A DNA stretch of 64,000 bases from Candidatus Nomurabacteria bacterium (GCA_020632095.1 JACKGF010000001.1:866713-930712), one strand, 5' to 3'; shown: positions 38,549 to 48,161, counted from the stretch's first letter. A program made the numbers and translations. Notes: generated from the letters alone by a model not told the origin.

Positions 38549-39379
38549 TCAGGCCAGTAAAGCGTCTGAGGTGGTCAGCTTCATGCCGAGCGCCGACATA
38601 TCCTTGAGGAATTGTTCAGCAATGGCAGGAAAGTCGACGACGACTGTTCCGTCAGGAGCAGTGACCGCCGGCACGGGCGACATGCAGTCGGTGAGTAGTT
38701 GAAACTTCTTCACGTGCTCGGAACCGATGTTTTCGGCGACTTGCTCGACTGTCGCTTTCACGCAGTGACTTGATGCTTCGCCGGCTACCACCACCAGGTC
38801 TGCTTGTTGCAGCATGGAGAGGAAGCGGCCGTTGAGTTGAGTCGACGGATCCTTGGCAATCGGCACTTCGGCCAAGAGGGCACCGTAGTGTTCGGTGAGA
38901 ACATTGGTACCTTTGGTAACGAAGTCGATGTTGCGAACGCGCTGAATGCACCAGCGGTCAAGCGCCGCGGCCAGATTGGTTTGGACGTTGTGTCCCCAGG
39001 AGCCAATCAAGCAGTGGGGCGGCCAAACCATGATCTGGTATTTACCGTTGGCTTCGAGCTTCTGCGCGTAGTCAAGGACATAATCACGCAGTTCCGGCCG
39101 ACGAGGTGACCAGGTGCCATCCTTGATGGAAGCAAAAGAAATCATCGTCATCGGATTGGGCGAAACGCCATTGGCGTCGCGCCAGAAAGCCGGATGGGCG
39201 ATGTCCACCAATTGGTGGCTGTCCATCGTGACGTGAACCTTCTGCAGTTTTTGACCCACGCGGTCGAGCATGGTGGCCAGACGATTCATGTCGTCGTTAG
39301 CACCAGCTACCGGCAGGGCGGCCCCTTTGATGTCCATAAAGTCATTTTGGGGGTCGATAATCAGGAGTTGAACATTCAT
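38549..39379 (-). CDS. pncA: Nicotinamidase/pyrazinamidase (isochorismatase family) with an internal insertion
   Basis: LLIIDPQNDF, WPPHCLIGSWG and catalytic Cys in VAGEASSHCV match PncA blocks. The start is placed at MNVQLL with an AAAGGAAAA RBS. Confidence 0.65.
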   Translation of the reverse strand: MNVQLLIIDPQNDFMDIKGAALPVAGANDDMNRLATMLDRVGQKLQKVHVTMDSHQLVDIAHPAFWRDANGVSPNPMTMISFASIKDGTWSPRRPELRDYVLDYAQKLEANGKYQIMVWPPHCLIGSWGHNVQTNLAAALDRWCIQRVRNIDFVTKGTNVLTEHYGALLAEVPIAKDPSTQLNGRFLSMLQQADLVVVAGEASSHCVKATVEQVAENIGSEHVKKFQLLTDCMSPVPAVTAPDGTVVVDFPAIAEQFLKDMSALGMKLTTSDALLA

Positions 39380-39557
39380 CTTTTTTCCTTTCAGGAAGTA
39401 GTGAGACCAAGGTCTCGGTTTACACACGGTTGTGTGATATGCGATTTTTCAAAGAACATCCTCAATTTCCGTTGAGGTGAGGACTCCGGTTAGGTATCGG
39501 AATCTTCACCTTAAAAGAATAGAGTGTATTTAATACACGAACTACTCGCTTTGTTTA

Positions 39558-39657
39558 TCCGCACTGTGTGCGGAGCTGTCCATAGGCGGGAGCAGTCGGT
39601 TAATAATTGTGAAACTTACACGAAGTAAGGTTGTAAGTTATCCGCACTAGGTGCGGA
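39558..39657. promoter_or_regulatory. Pair of 17-bp palindromes TTA-TCCGCAC-N3-GTGCGGA upstream of the pncA operon (candidate operators)
   Basis: Copies at 39558-39574 and 39641-39657, with identical arms and centres 83 bp apart. Confidence 0.4.
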
Positions 39658-39815
39658 CAACTTCCTTACTGCTGTAAATCTATCAAAGTACTAACTTAGT
39701 GTCAAGTATACACAAAGGAAAAATAAATGCAAGTGTTTTGTGTTAGGTTGTTGAAAATCAAAACATGTGATTTTTAGGCCTTTACTTCAATATTAGATAG
39801 GTTCATACTTAACTC

Positions 39816-40127
39816 ATGAATTGCATTGAAGAGTATGTAGCTTATTTAAAAGATAATCCTGAGGGTTATTGGTTTAAGAGGAAGTTATATGGTTTTGGTT
39901 GGACACCGGCCAAGAGGGAGGGATGGATTGTACTAGGTCTGTATCTTGCTTTTGTGCTAGGTCTAATATTCTTTGTTCCAGTTGAGTTGCGAGAAGTAAA
40001 ACCAATTATAAATATAGTTTTACCGGTATTGATAGCCACATTAATATTTATCATAATCGCTTATAGAACAGGTGAATCACTAAAGTGGCAGTGGGGAAAC
40101 AAATCTGATTATGACCAGTCAAAGTAA
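39816..40127 (+). CDS. Hypothetical membrane protein (2 TM, 103 aa)
   Basis: Hydrophobic helices in an ORF with plausible context. Confidence 0.4.
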   Translation: MNCIEEYVAYLKDNPEGYWFKRKLYGFGWTPAKREGWIVLGLYLAFVLGLIFFVPVELREVKPIINIVLPVLIATLIFIIIAYRTGESLKWQWGNKSDYDQSK

Positions 40128-40395
40128 AAAACACTTCATATATATACTGCGTTGTGTAGATGGCACTTTATATACTGGTTATACAACCAATCTAGATAAG
40201 AGGATCGTCGAACATAACGGAGGAGGTAATACCAAGGCTGAGCGTTCAGCTGGAGCAAAATACACCAGACCACGTAGACCGGTAGAACTTGTTCATTCAG
40301 AGGAATTTGCTAGTCGGTCTGAAGCTATGCAGCGTGAGTACGCAATAAAGCAGTTAACTAAAACTCAAAAAGAAGTTTTGCTGGCTAAAGGATAA
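40111..40395 (+). CDS. GIY-YIG nuclease-domain protein (small, YazA/UPF0213-like)
   Basis: FIYILRCVDGTLYTGYTTNLDKRIVEHN is a canonical GIY-YIG motif. Confidence 0.7.
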   Translation: MTSQSKKHFIYILRCVDGTLYTGYTTNLDKRIVEHNGGGNTKAERSAGAKYTRPRRPVELVHSEEFASRSEAMQREYAIKQLTKTQKEVLLAKG

Positions 40396-40603
40396 ATTGA
40401 AGTACTAGTGAGGTACAAAATTGTTTAATTATGAACACAGGATTTCGATATCAAAGCTATCAATATTTTGAAAGTGGTCTTATAATTACCTGTGTAACAA
40501 TTTATGTTGCAAAGGTAATTATTTAAATATGGCAAAAGGACAAGACAAGAAAAAAGAGGTAAAAAAACCAAAAAAGCCTAAAGCTTAAGGTTAGTATTAT
40601 CAT

Positions 40604-40630
40604 AAAGGCCGGCGCGGAGCGCCGGCCTTT
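40604..40630. terminator. Bidirectional palindromic terminator (copy of the 21162 terminator)
   Basis: AAAGGCCGGCGCG-ga-GCGCCGGCCTTT. Confidence 0.55.
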
Positions 40631-40873
40631 ATGATTCCTGATACAATATCAGGAATAACTATTTATTTTATGGACCCAAGAATACAACAACAATTAGATG
40701 AACAAGAAGTAAAGATTAATGAGATTTTAAAATCTGTTCGAAAGACTGAGAAGTATATGAAAATTACTTTCTGGGCAACTATTATAGTGGTAGTTTTGCC
40801 AGCCATATTATTGGCTTTTGTTATTCCTTCAGCTATAGATTCGTACACCACAACTCTGAATGGATTAATCTAA
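40631..40873 (+). CDS. Hypothetical small membrane protein (true start possibly at 40670)
   Basis: A C-terminal TM helix is present, but the ORF start overlaps the terminator. Confidence 0.25.
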   Translation: MIPDTISGITIYFMDPRIQQQLDEQEVKINEILKSVRKTEKYMKITFWATIIVVVLPAILLAFVIPSAIDSYTTTLNGLI

Positions 40874-40879
40874 TTTTTT

Positions 40880-41188
40880 ATGAAGAGGTCAGTTAGATAT
40901 ATTATGACTGAGAAAGTCTTTTTATATCCGGGTGAGTCAGCGGTTTGGCACTTCGTACAAATAACTAAAAAGTTTGGTTTGGAAATAAAAGAAAAGTTTG
41001 GAAAAAACCGGAGAGGTTTTGGTTCAATTCCGGTGGAAGTAACTTTAGGTAAAACAGTTTGGCAAACTTCAATTTTTCCAGATAAATATTCTGGGAGTTA
41101 TATATTACCGCTTAAAGCGGCAGTAAGAAAAACCGAAGGTATTCAGGAAGGAGAGAAAATAAAATTTTCAATTGAAATTAAAATTTGA
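40880..41188 (+). CDS. DUF1905-like small protein
   Basis: My recollection of the DUF1905 pattern (…VWHFV…, IPVEVTLGKTVWQTSIFP); not verified. Confidence 0.4.
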   Translation: MKRSVRYIMTEKVFLYPGESAVWHFVQITKKFGLEIKEKFGKNRRGFGSIPVEVTLGKTVWQTSIFPDKYSGSYILPLKAAVRKTEGIQEGEKIKFSIEIKI

Positions 41189-41346
41189 CTTCGTCGACCA
41201 AGACGATATTGCCACAATTAGTATTTTTTTGTGGGCTAGAATAGTAGGGGTTACAAATGCGTTAGATAAATTCTGACGCATTTTGTTATTCAAGGTAATT
41301 AATCAAGTACCTTGCATTACATAGTACTTAATGCTATTGTGTATAT

Positions 41347-41703
41347 ATGACAGATTCTGATGGAACATATAATGTCGCAAAAGTTGAGTCGCAGATGCGT
41401 AAGGGGTTTTTGGAGTTTCCGGTACTTTTGATTATCGGTACCAAACCAACCTATGCCCCCGATATTTTGAAACAATTGAAACAAGCAAATTTATTAGTAG
41501 TAGAAGGAACACTCTATCCACTATTGTCACGAATGAAACGTTCAGAATTAGTGACTTATGTTTGGGAAGAAAGTAAAAGTGGTCCACCACGAAAAATTTA
41601 TTCATTAACCAAAGCTGGAGAAAACGCTTTAGAATTAATAGAAACCGCTTGGAAGAAGCTCGATACTTCTGTAAACAAGTTGATTAAACAGTATGAGAAA
41701 TGA
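41347..41703 (+). CDS. PadR family transcriptional regulator
   Basis: GTLYPLLSRMKRSELV winged-helix motif. The AAGTAC-N13-GTACTT palindrome lies in its promoter region. Confidence 0.8.
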   Translation: MTDSDGTYNVAKVESQMRKGFLEFPVLLIIGTKPTYAPDILKQLKQANLLVVEGTLYPLLSRMKRSELVTYVWEESKSGPPRKIYSLTKAGENALELIETAWKKLDTSVNKLIKQYEK

Positions 41704-41850
41704 ATAAGCAAAAGAGCCTGTAGGCGATTATTGCGAATTTATGCAGGCGCTTCAGCAGACTCGACCTTCCAAGGGAGATTGTGCTGGTAGCGAGCTGCAA
41801 AAGAATCTCTAGGCTTTGTAACTCACTAAAAACCCTAATAAATTATAAAT

Positions 41851-43386
41851 ATGAAAACAGTAATCAATATAACTATCGGCGGACTAGTCTTCGCGATTGA
41901 ACAAGACGCCTACGATTCCTTGGAAAAATACATCAAAGAAATCAAACAAACTCTGGTAGAGGGTGATGACGTGAATGAAATTGTCTCAGATATTGAAACG
42001 GCTATTGCTGAGAAGTTATCAGAAAGAGGTCGGAGTGAAAGAATTGCTGTGACAGAAGATGATATTAATAAAGTGATTCTTGAAATGGGGGCACCGATTG
42101 ATTTTAAGGAAGCAGGAGGTGTAGAAGGAGAGTCTGCGCAGTCAGAAACTGAAGATAAAAAAGATGAAATAAAAAAGCGCTTGTATCGTGACACAGACGA
42201 TGTCGTGATAGCCGGAGTAGCTTCTGGAATTGCCAAGTATTTCGATATCGATCCCGCAATCGTGCGAATAATTTTTGTGGCTGCCTTATTCTTTAATGGA
42301 ATTGGAATTATTGCTTATCTTATTTTTTGGTTAGCTGTACCGGTAGCAAAAACTACCACTGAAAAATACGCTATGAGTGGTGACAAAGTAACCCTAAAAG
42401 AAATCACTGAAAGAGTAAAAAAAAATATTAATGATATAGATAAAGAGGACTTAGAAAAAGCCCGAGGTCTTTGGAACAGTTTGCTTTCGGGATTAAAGAG
42501 AATATTTTCTTTAATTGGAATTTGCATTAAAGTATTGTTTTCAATTTTGCGCTACGTAGTGGGATTTTCATTTTTGTTAGCAGGAAGTTTTGCCATGGCG
42601 GGATTAGTGTCGGCCTTGGTGATAATTCTGTTTGTTGATAATGCATCTATTCCACAAAGTATTCAGCCTGCTATGCAGTTGGTCCTGTCTAGTCCGCTTG
42701 GGGTAATTTCTATTGTCTCAGTTTTTCTCACTGCAGTTATCCCTTTCGTTGTGCTTTTGTTGGCAGGCGGTAGTTTAATTTCAAAAAGAATTATATTATC
42801 AGTGACAAAAAGTATCACTTTAGCAGCGGTATGGATTGTGGCTTTGGTTTTAGCTATTACAACATCAGCTGTACAGATTGATAGAGTTTTGGAAAAGGTC
42901 GGTCCAATCAATGTTGAAGATAATGACTTTATGATAAACATCAATCGTTCGGAAGAAGGAATAAAAATTGATGTTACCGATAAAGATAGAAAACAAAATA
43001 GTAAAATAGAAGTGAGTGAAGATGTAGCTCCAAACTTGCCTAAGATTGAGATTTATAGTGGTTTGTCGTTTACGCAAAATAGTACAGTAATCAATTTGGC
43101 TCGAAAAGGATTGGAAGGTTCATTGAAAGCAGAGGTTGGACAATTTGTTGCTTTAACGGAATTGGATATAAGTAACAATAATTTTACTGATTTGCCGGCT
43201 GAGATCGGACAGCTAAGTCAACTTCAGGTGTTAAATTTATCGAATAATAATTTTACCGGATTACCACATGAGCTTGGTAATTTAGAAAATTTGCAAGTGC
43301 TTGATTTACGTGGAAATAACATTTCAAAATTTGATTTGCAGATAATTAGAGAAAAGCTAGGTGAAGAGGTGACTGTTGTTGAATAA
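41851..43386 (+). CDS. PspC-domain membrane protein with C-terminal leucine-rich repeats
   Basis: PspC motif (…DDVVIAGVASGIAKYFDIDPAIVRIIFV…), multiple TM helices, and LRRs (LxxLxLSNNNFTxLP ×3). Confidence 0.7.
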   Translation: MKTVINITIGGLVFAIEQDAYDSLEKYIKEIKQTLVEGDDVNEIVSDIETAIAEKLSERGRSERIAVTEDDINKVILEMGAPIDFKEAGGVEGESAQSETEDKKDEIKKRLYRDTDDVVIAGVASGIAKYFDIDPAIVRIIFVAALFFNGIGIIAYLIFWLAVPVAKTTTEKYAMSGDKVTLKEITERVKKNINDIDKEDLEKARGLWNSLLSGLKRIFSLIGICIKVLFSILRYVVGFSFLLAGSFAMAGLVSALVIILFVDNASIPQSIQPAMQLVLSSPLGVISIVSVFLTAVIPFVVLLLAGGSLISKRIILSVTKSITLAAVWIVALVLAITTSAVQIDRVLEKVGPINVEDNDFMININRSEEGIKIDVTDKDRKQNSKIEVSEDVAPNLPKIEIYSGLSFTQNSTVINLARKGLEGSLKAEVGQFVALTELDISNNNFTDLPAEIGQLSQLQVLNLSNNNFTGLPHELGNLENLQVLDLRGNNISKFDLQIIREKLGEEVTVVE

Positions 43387-43400
43387 GGAATCGATTAACA

Positions 43401-43432
43401 AAAGGGCAGGTGCTTCGCGCCGGCCCTTTTGT
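43401..43432. terminator. Probable bidirectional terminator
   Basis: AAAAGGGC…GGCCCTTTT imperfect palindrome between convergent genes. Confidence 0.35.
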
Positions 43433-43435
43433 GAT

Positions 43436-45526
43436 TTACATATCCGCTCGCCAGCGCTTTAACATTCGAGATAGTATTAATGAGACAATAAATATGACAA
43501 TTGATAGAGCTAAGAACTTCGGATCAAAGGCGTTGAAAGACAGTCCATTCATCTGAAATTCGTCTAAGTCAACGGCAGCTCCGAGGGCTACAAAAGTGGT
43601 TAGTCCAGGCATGATACCGATGAGGGTAGCAAAGAAGTATTCTTTCCAGTCGGCTTTTACAACACCAGCACCATAGTTGGTAAGGTCAAAAGGAACATAG
43701 AATAAACGCATTAATAAAACTGTTTCAAAAGAATTTTTACGCAAAGCCTCAATCCAGTTACCAATTATGGTATCCTCCAACTTTAAGTCTTTGCCAAAGA
43801 AGCGACCAATCCAATAGGCGAAGTTGGCGGAAGCATTTTCTCCCAAAATGGTATAGAGGATACCCCACCAAAATCCAAACAACGCACCAGAGAGAGCGGT
43901 GAGTAAGGTGGCTGGGAAAAGAATGAGTGGCCTGATAGCGTACAGCGTCATATACACTAACGGTCCCCACATGGTAGAGGTAAAGAAATGGAGTAGTTGA
44001 AACAGAACGTCTTGGTAGGAGTAAGAATGACTAATACGATAATGTTGGAAGGTATAAATTAATGTAATCCAAAATACAGCGGCTAGGAATTTTGGGGTAC
44101 TTCTTTTTATCAAACTAATTACATCGCTTTCTAAACTGCTTAGTTGACGACTAACAAACTGGTCGGCAGCTTTTTTAACAATTAGAGAGTAGGTAGGGTA
44201 GGCGTAAATAATATTTTGTAATTTCCAGAGAGTGATTCTTTGCTCGATAGCTAGGGTGAAGATTGAAATTAATTCACCGGCCGCTGGCCCTATAATATGT
44301 GCTCCTAAAATAGTGCCATTAAGGCGTCGGGCGATGACAATTAAAATTCCGTCGGTAGTTTCATCAGTCTTGGCTCTGTCGTTTTCTGAGAATGGAACTT
44401 CGATACGCATCAATTCATCCTCTTTATATTTTTTGATTGATTCACTCCAGGACAATCCAACTTGGGCTACTTCTGGATAAGTATAGGTAACTTTTGGAAC
44501 AGATTTACGTTTGTCGACCCGGAAGAGACCGTAGCTAGCAACTCGCTTCACCACTTGTCTGGCAATATCGTCAGCGGTGTGAGTAAATTTTAATTTTTGG
44601 GCTACGTCACCAATAGCATAAACATACTTATTTGAAGTACGGTGTTGGCTGTCGACCATGATGCAGTGATTATCAAATTTTATTCCAGCACTTTCTAAAC
44701 CTTGGGGAATATTGGGAACTCTGCCGATGGCGATTAGAACTTTATCGAAAGGAACTTTCATTTCTCCTGTGATAATTTCATCTACTCTATGATCAAAGAT
44801 AGCGACGTTGTTTTTTACTCGGTTTATAAATGCCTGTAGATGAATTGTGATACCGAGCTTGTCAAAGTGCTTTTTTAAAAGGGGTCTAATTGCTGCGTCT
44901 TCTAGTTGAGCGAATTCTTTATCAATGGTCGCAATGGTAACCTCGCTACCTAACATAGCTAAGGCCTGTCCCAGTTCGAGTCCAATTGGTCCGGCGCCGA
45001 TGATGAGAGTTTTAGGGGGAATGGTTTTGAGATTAAAAATGTTTTGGTTGGTTAGGGTGTCGGTTTCGTTAAGTCCAGGAACATTAATCATGCGGGGGCT
45101 AGAGCCAGTCGCTATGATAGCGGTTTTATAGTCGAAAACTGTGTCGCCAATTTTTATTGAACACTTGGTATTAAAAACTGCCTCACCCATTACTACATCG
45201 ATACCAAGTTTTGAAAATGTTTCTGGTGTTTCATCGGCAAGGATTTTGTTAATGGTGTCACGGACATAGGTCATGGCACCGGCGCGAAAAGCTTCGCTTT
45301 TCGCGCCGTCTCCTACTGCTTTAGTTGCTAGATAATATTCTTTGGCTTTATGTAGTAGAGCTTTGCTAGGAATACAACCAGTATTGGTACATTCGCCACC
45401 CATATGCTCATGTTCCACCAGTAAGACTCGTTTACCAACTTTAGAAAACCCGACCGCCGCTGTCAGTCCACCTGAACCAGCTCCAATTACAACGACGTCA
45501 TAGTTATTATTCATACCTTCGACCAA
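43436..45526 (-). CDS. Class I pyridine nucleotide-disulfide oxidoreductase (FAD, CxxxxC) fused to a C-terminal DedA/TVP38-family membrane domain
   Basis: N-terminal GAGSGG FAD motif and redox-active CTNTGC; the last ~230 aa carry 5-6 TM helices resembling a DedA domain. Confidence 0.7.
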   Translation of the reverse strand: MVEGMNNNYDVVVIGAGSGGLTAAVGFSKVGKRVLLVEHEHMGGECTNTGCIPSKALLHKAKEYYLATKAVGDGAKSEAFRAGAMTYVRDTINKILADETPETFSKLGIDVVMGEAVFNTKCSIKIGDTVFDYKTAIIATGSSPRMINVPGLNETDTLTNQNIFNLKTIPPKTLIIGAGPIGLELGQALAMLGSEVTIATIDKEFAQLEDAAIRPLLKKHFDKLGITIHLQAFINRVKNNVAIFDHRVDEIITGEMKVPFDKVLIAIGRVPNIPQGLESAGIKFDNHCIMVDSQHRTSNKYVYAIGDVAQKLKFTHTADDIARQVVKRVASYGLFRVDKRKSVPKVTYTYPEVAQVGLSWSESIKKYKEDELMRIEVPFSENDRAKTDETTDGILIVIARRLNGTILGAHIIGPAAGELISIFTLAIEQRITLWKLQNIIYAYPTYSLIVKKAADQFVSRQLSSLESDVISLIKRSTPKFLAAVFWITLIYTFQHYRISHSYSYQDVLFQLLHFFTSTMWGPLVYMTLYAIRPLILFPATLLTALSGALFGFWWGILYTILGENASANFAYWIGRFFGKDLKLEDTIIGNWIEALRKNSFETVLLMRLFYVPFDLTNYGAGVVKADWKEYFFATLIGIMPGLTTFVALGAAVDLDEFQMNGLSFNAFDPKFLALSIVIFIVSLILSRMLKRWRADM

Positions 45527-45597
45527 GTTATTAGTTAATATTATGTATTGATACGTTTTTAAACAGTCATCCTTTCATTATTAATATAGCATTTAAG

Positions 45598-45626
45598 ATT
45601 GAAAATTAAGTGCAAATGTCGTATAG
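45598..45626 (+). promoter_or_regulatory. Sigma70-like promoter for fusA-tuf-rpsJ
   Basis: TTGAAA, a 17-nt spacer, then TATAGT; located ~115 bp upstream of fusA. Confidence 0.4.
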
Positions 45627-45741
45627 TATCGCGGTCTGGCCTTAGGCCGATTTTCTATTGTCGCTTTCAATATCTAGAGCACACTAGGGAGGTAAAAAGA
45701 GGATTATTAACTTTATACATATATAAGTAACAATTAAATTT

Positions 45742-47907
45742 ATGGCACGAGCATTTCCACTCGAAAAACTACGCAACTTCGGTATTGTTGCGCACGTTGA
45801 CGCAGGTAAAACAACTACGTCTGAGCGCATTCTCTTTTATACTGGAATGAGTCACAAGATCGGTGAAGTACATGATGGAGCAACCGTTACTGATTGGATG
45901 GAACAAGAGCGCGAGCGTGGTATCACAATTACTGCTGCGGCTATTTCTTGTAACTGGTCAAAGACCTTAGAAGAAGACCGCAAGGATAAGAGTAAGATGT
46001 TTACCTTTAACATCATCGACACTCCTGGACACATCGACTTTACGGCTGAAGTAAAGCGTTCAATGCGTGTGCTCGACGGAGCGGTGGTGGTGTTTGACGG
46101 GGCAGCGGGAGTAGAGCCACAAACTGAAACCAACTGGGGTTACGCTGACGAGGCGGCCGTGCCACGAATTTGTTTTGTAAACAAAATGGATAAGTTGGGG
46201 GCTGACTTTGACGCTTCAGTAAAATCTATTGAAGATCGTTTGTCCAAAAAAGCTTGTCGAATTCAAATCCCAATGGGAGCTGAAAACAATATGCGAGGGG
46301 TAATTGACCTGATAACAATGAAGGCTTATACCTTTGCTGGAAATATGGGAATGGAAGTGACTGAATCAGAAATTCCAGAAGAATTTTTGGCTGAAGCACA
46401 AAAGCGACGAGCAGAACTGGTAGAACGAGTGGTTGAGCATGATGACGCCCTCATGGAGGCTTTCTTAGAAGGGAACGAACCTTCAAATGAAGATCTTAAA
46501 AAGACTCTACGCGTAGCAGTTTTGAAAAACGAGATTTTCCCAATTATGACTGGAACAGCTTTGCAGAATATCGGAGTTCAGCTGGTGCTTGATGCAGTGG
46601 TGGATTACCTTCCTTCACCACTTGATCTAGAGGATACAAAGGGTCATAGTCCTGATGACGAAGAAGTGGTGGTGACCAGAAAAGCTTCTGACGAAGAACC
46701 TCTAAGTGCTTTGGTTTTCAAACTACAAGATGACAAGTTCGTTGGGCAGCTAGCTTTCTTCCGAGTTTACTCAGGAACTATAAAATCAGGAACTTACATC
46801 CTCAACTCTTCAACTGGAAATAAAGAACGAGTGGGACGTATTGTACGATTGATGGCTGACAAGCGAGAAGAAGTAGATGAGGTTTACGCTGGGGAAATTG
46901 CCGCAGCGGTAGGAATTAAGGAAGTAAAAACTTCACACACTCTCTGTGATTTGGACAAGCCAATCTTACTTGAAACTATTACCTTCCCAGAACCAGTGGT
47001 AGCCGTGCGAGTAGAACCAAAGACAAAGAATGACCAAGAAAAAATGGGTATTGCGCTTAAGCGTTTGTCTGATGAAGACCCAACTTTCAAGGTTTCAACT
47101 GATGAAGAAACTCTGGAAACAATCATCGCTGGTATGGGTGAACTTCACCTAGACATCTTAGTTGATAGAATGAAGCGAGAGTTTGGAGTGGAAGCAAATA
47201 TCGGACAACCACAAGTGGCTTACCGAGAAACTATTCAACGAGAAGCAGAAGCAGAGTACAAGTACATCAAGCAGTCTGGTGGTCGGGGACAATATGGTCA
47301 CGTACGAATCCGCATCAAACCACTAGAAGCCTTGGTTGAAGATGAGAAGGTGGCGAAGAACATTACTCGAGAAGATCACTTCGAATTCATCAACAGTATT
47401 AAGGGAGGTGTGATTCCACAAGAATACATTCCGGCAGTAATGAAGGGTTGTAAGGAAGCGATGAGTCGAGGTTTGGTAGCTGGATACAAAATGGAAGATG
47501 TATCAGTCGAACTATACGACGGTAGTTTCCACGATGTTGACTCGAGTGAAATCGCCTTCAAACTAGCTGGTATCCACGCTTTCAAGGAAGCGGCCAAGCG
47601 AGCTAGTGCGGTTATCCTAGAGCCGGTGATGAAGGTAGAAGTGCGAACTCCAGAAGAGTACATGGGAGATGTAAACGGAAGTATCTCTTCAAAACGAGGA
47701 CAAGTTGAAGGTTCAACTGAACTTGGAGGCAAAACAATTGTCAACGCCAAAGTACCTTTGTCAGAAATGTTTGGTTACACCAACACCCTGCGTTCAATGA
47801 CCCAGGGACGAGCTTCGATGACAATGGAATTTGATCACTACGAAGTAGTACCACCAAACGTTGCTGCCGACATCAAGAAGGCTCGTGGCGTAGTGGACGA
47901 GGACTAG
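45742..47907 (+). CDS. fusA: Elongation factor G
   Basis: AHVDAGKTT G-domain, 721 aa, full EF-G domain layout. Confidence 0.95.
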   Translation: MARAFPLEKLRNFGIVAHVDAGKTTTSERILFYTGMSHKIGEVHDGATVTDWMEQERERGITITAAAISCNWSKTLEEDRKDKSKMFTFNIIDTPGHIDFTAEVKRSMRVLDGAVVVFDGAAGVEPQTETNWGYADEAAVPRICFVNKMDKLGADFDASVKSIEDRLSKKACRIQIPMGAENNMRGVIDLITMKAYTFAGNMGMEVTESEIPEEFLAEAQKRRAELVERVVEHDDALMEAFLEGNEPSNEDLKKTLRVAVLKNEIFPIMTGTALQNIGVQLVLDAVVDYLPSPLDLEDTKGHSPDDEEVVVTRKASDEEPLSALVFKLQDDKFVGQLAFFRVYSGTIKSGTYILNSSTGNKERVGRIVRLMADKREEVDEVYAGEIAAAVGIKEVKTSHTLCDLDKPILLETITFPEPVVAVRVEPKTKNDQEKMGIALKRLSDEDPTFKVSTDEETLETIIAGMGELHLDILVDRMKREFGVEANIGQPQVAYRETIQREAEAEYKYIKQSGGRGQYGHVRIRIKPLEALVEDEKVAKNITREDHFEFINSIKGGVIPQEYIPAVMKGCKEAMSRGLVAGYKMEDVSVELYDGSFHDVDSSEIAFKLAGIHAFKEAAKRASAVILEPVMKVEVRTPEEYMGDVNGSISSKRGQVEGSTELGGKTIVNAKVPLSEMFGYTNTLRSMTQGRASMTMEFDHYEVVPPNVAADIKKARGVVDED

Positions 47908-47929
47908 TTAGATTACGTAAGTGATAATA

Positions 47930-47962
47930 AGCAGGTGGCCCCTTCGGGGCCGCCTGTTTTTC
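47930..47962 (+). terminator. Terminator/attenuator between fusA and tuf
   Basis: CAGGTGGCCCC-ttcg-GGGGCCGCCTG followed by TTTTT. Confidence 0.5.
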
Positions 47963-48161
47963 TTGCAAAATATCATTACTCTGGTACCATAGCTCCACTG
48001 CACACAGTACTTGTGGGTGGGGCGAATATAACTGCTCTTTCACACGCTTGGTTTACAACCGAAGCGCGGCGTTCTCGCGCCGTTTCGATTGTACGCCTTG
48101 ACCACAGCTTTTTTAAGCAATGTGTGCGGTAATTATTATTGATACTAATTAAGTATTTATT

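Noticed and set aside
34223-39475. Numerous 60-200-aa ORFs in alternative frames (e.g. 34223..34819, 34425..34736, 38652..38951, 38804..39109, 37791..38057)
   Set aside because: These are typical shadow ORFs of GC-rich DNA. Each overlaps a well-supported motif-bearing gene on the other strand or frame.
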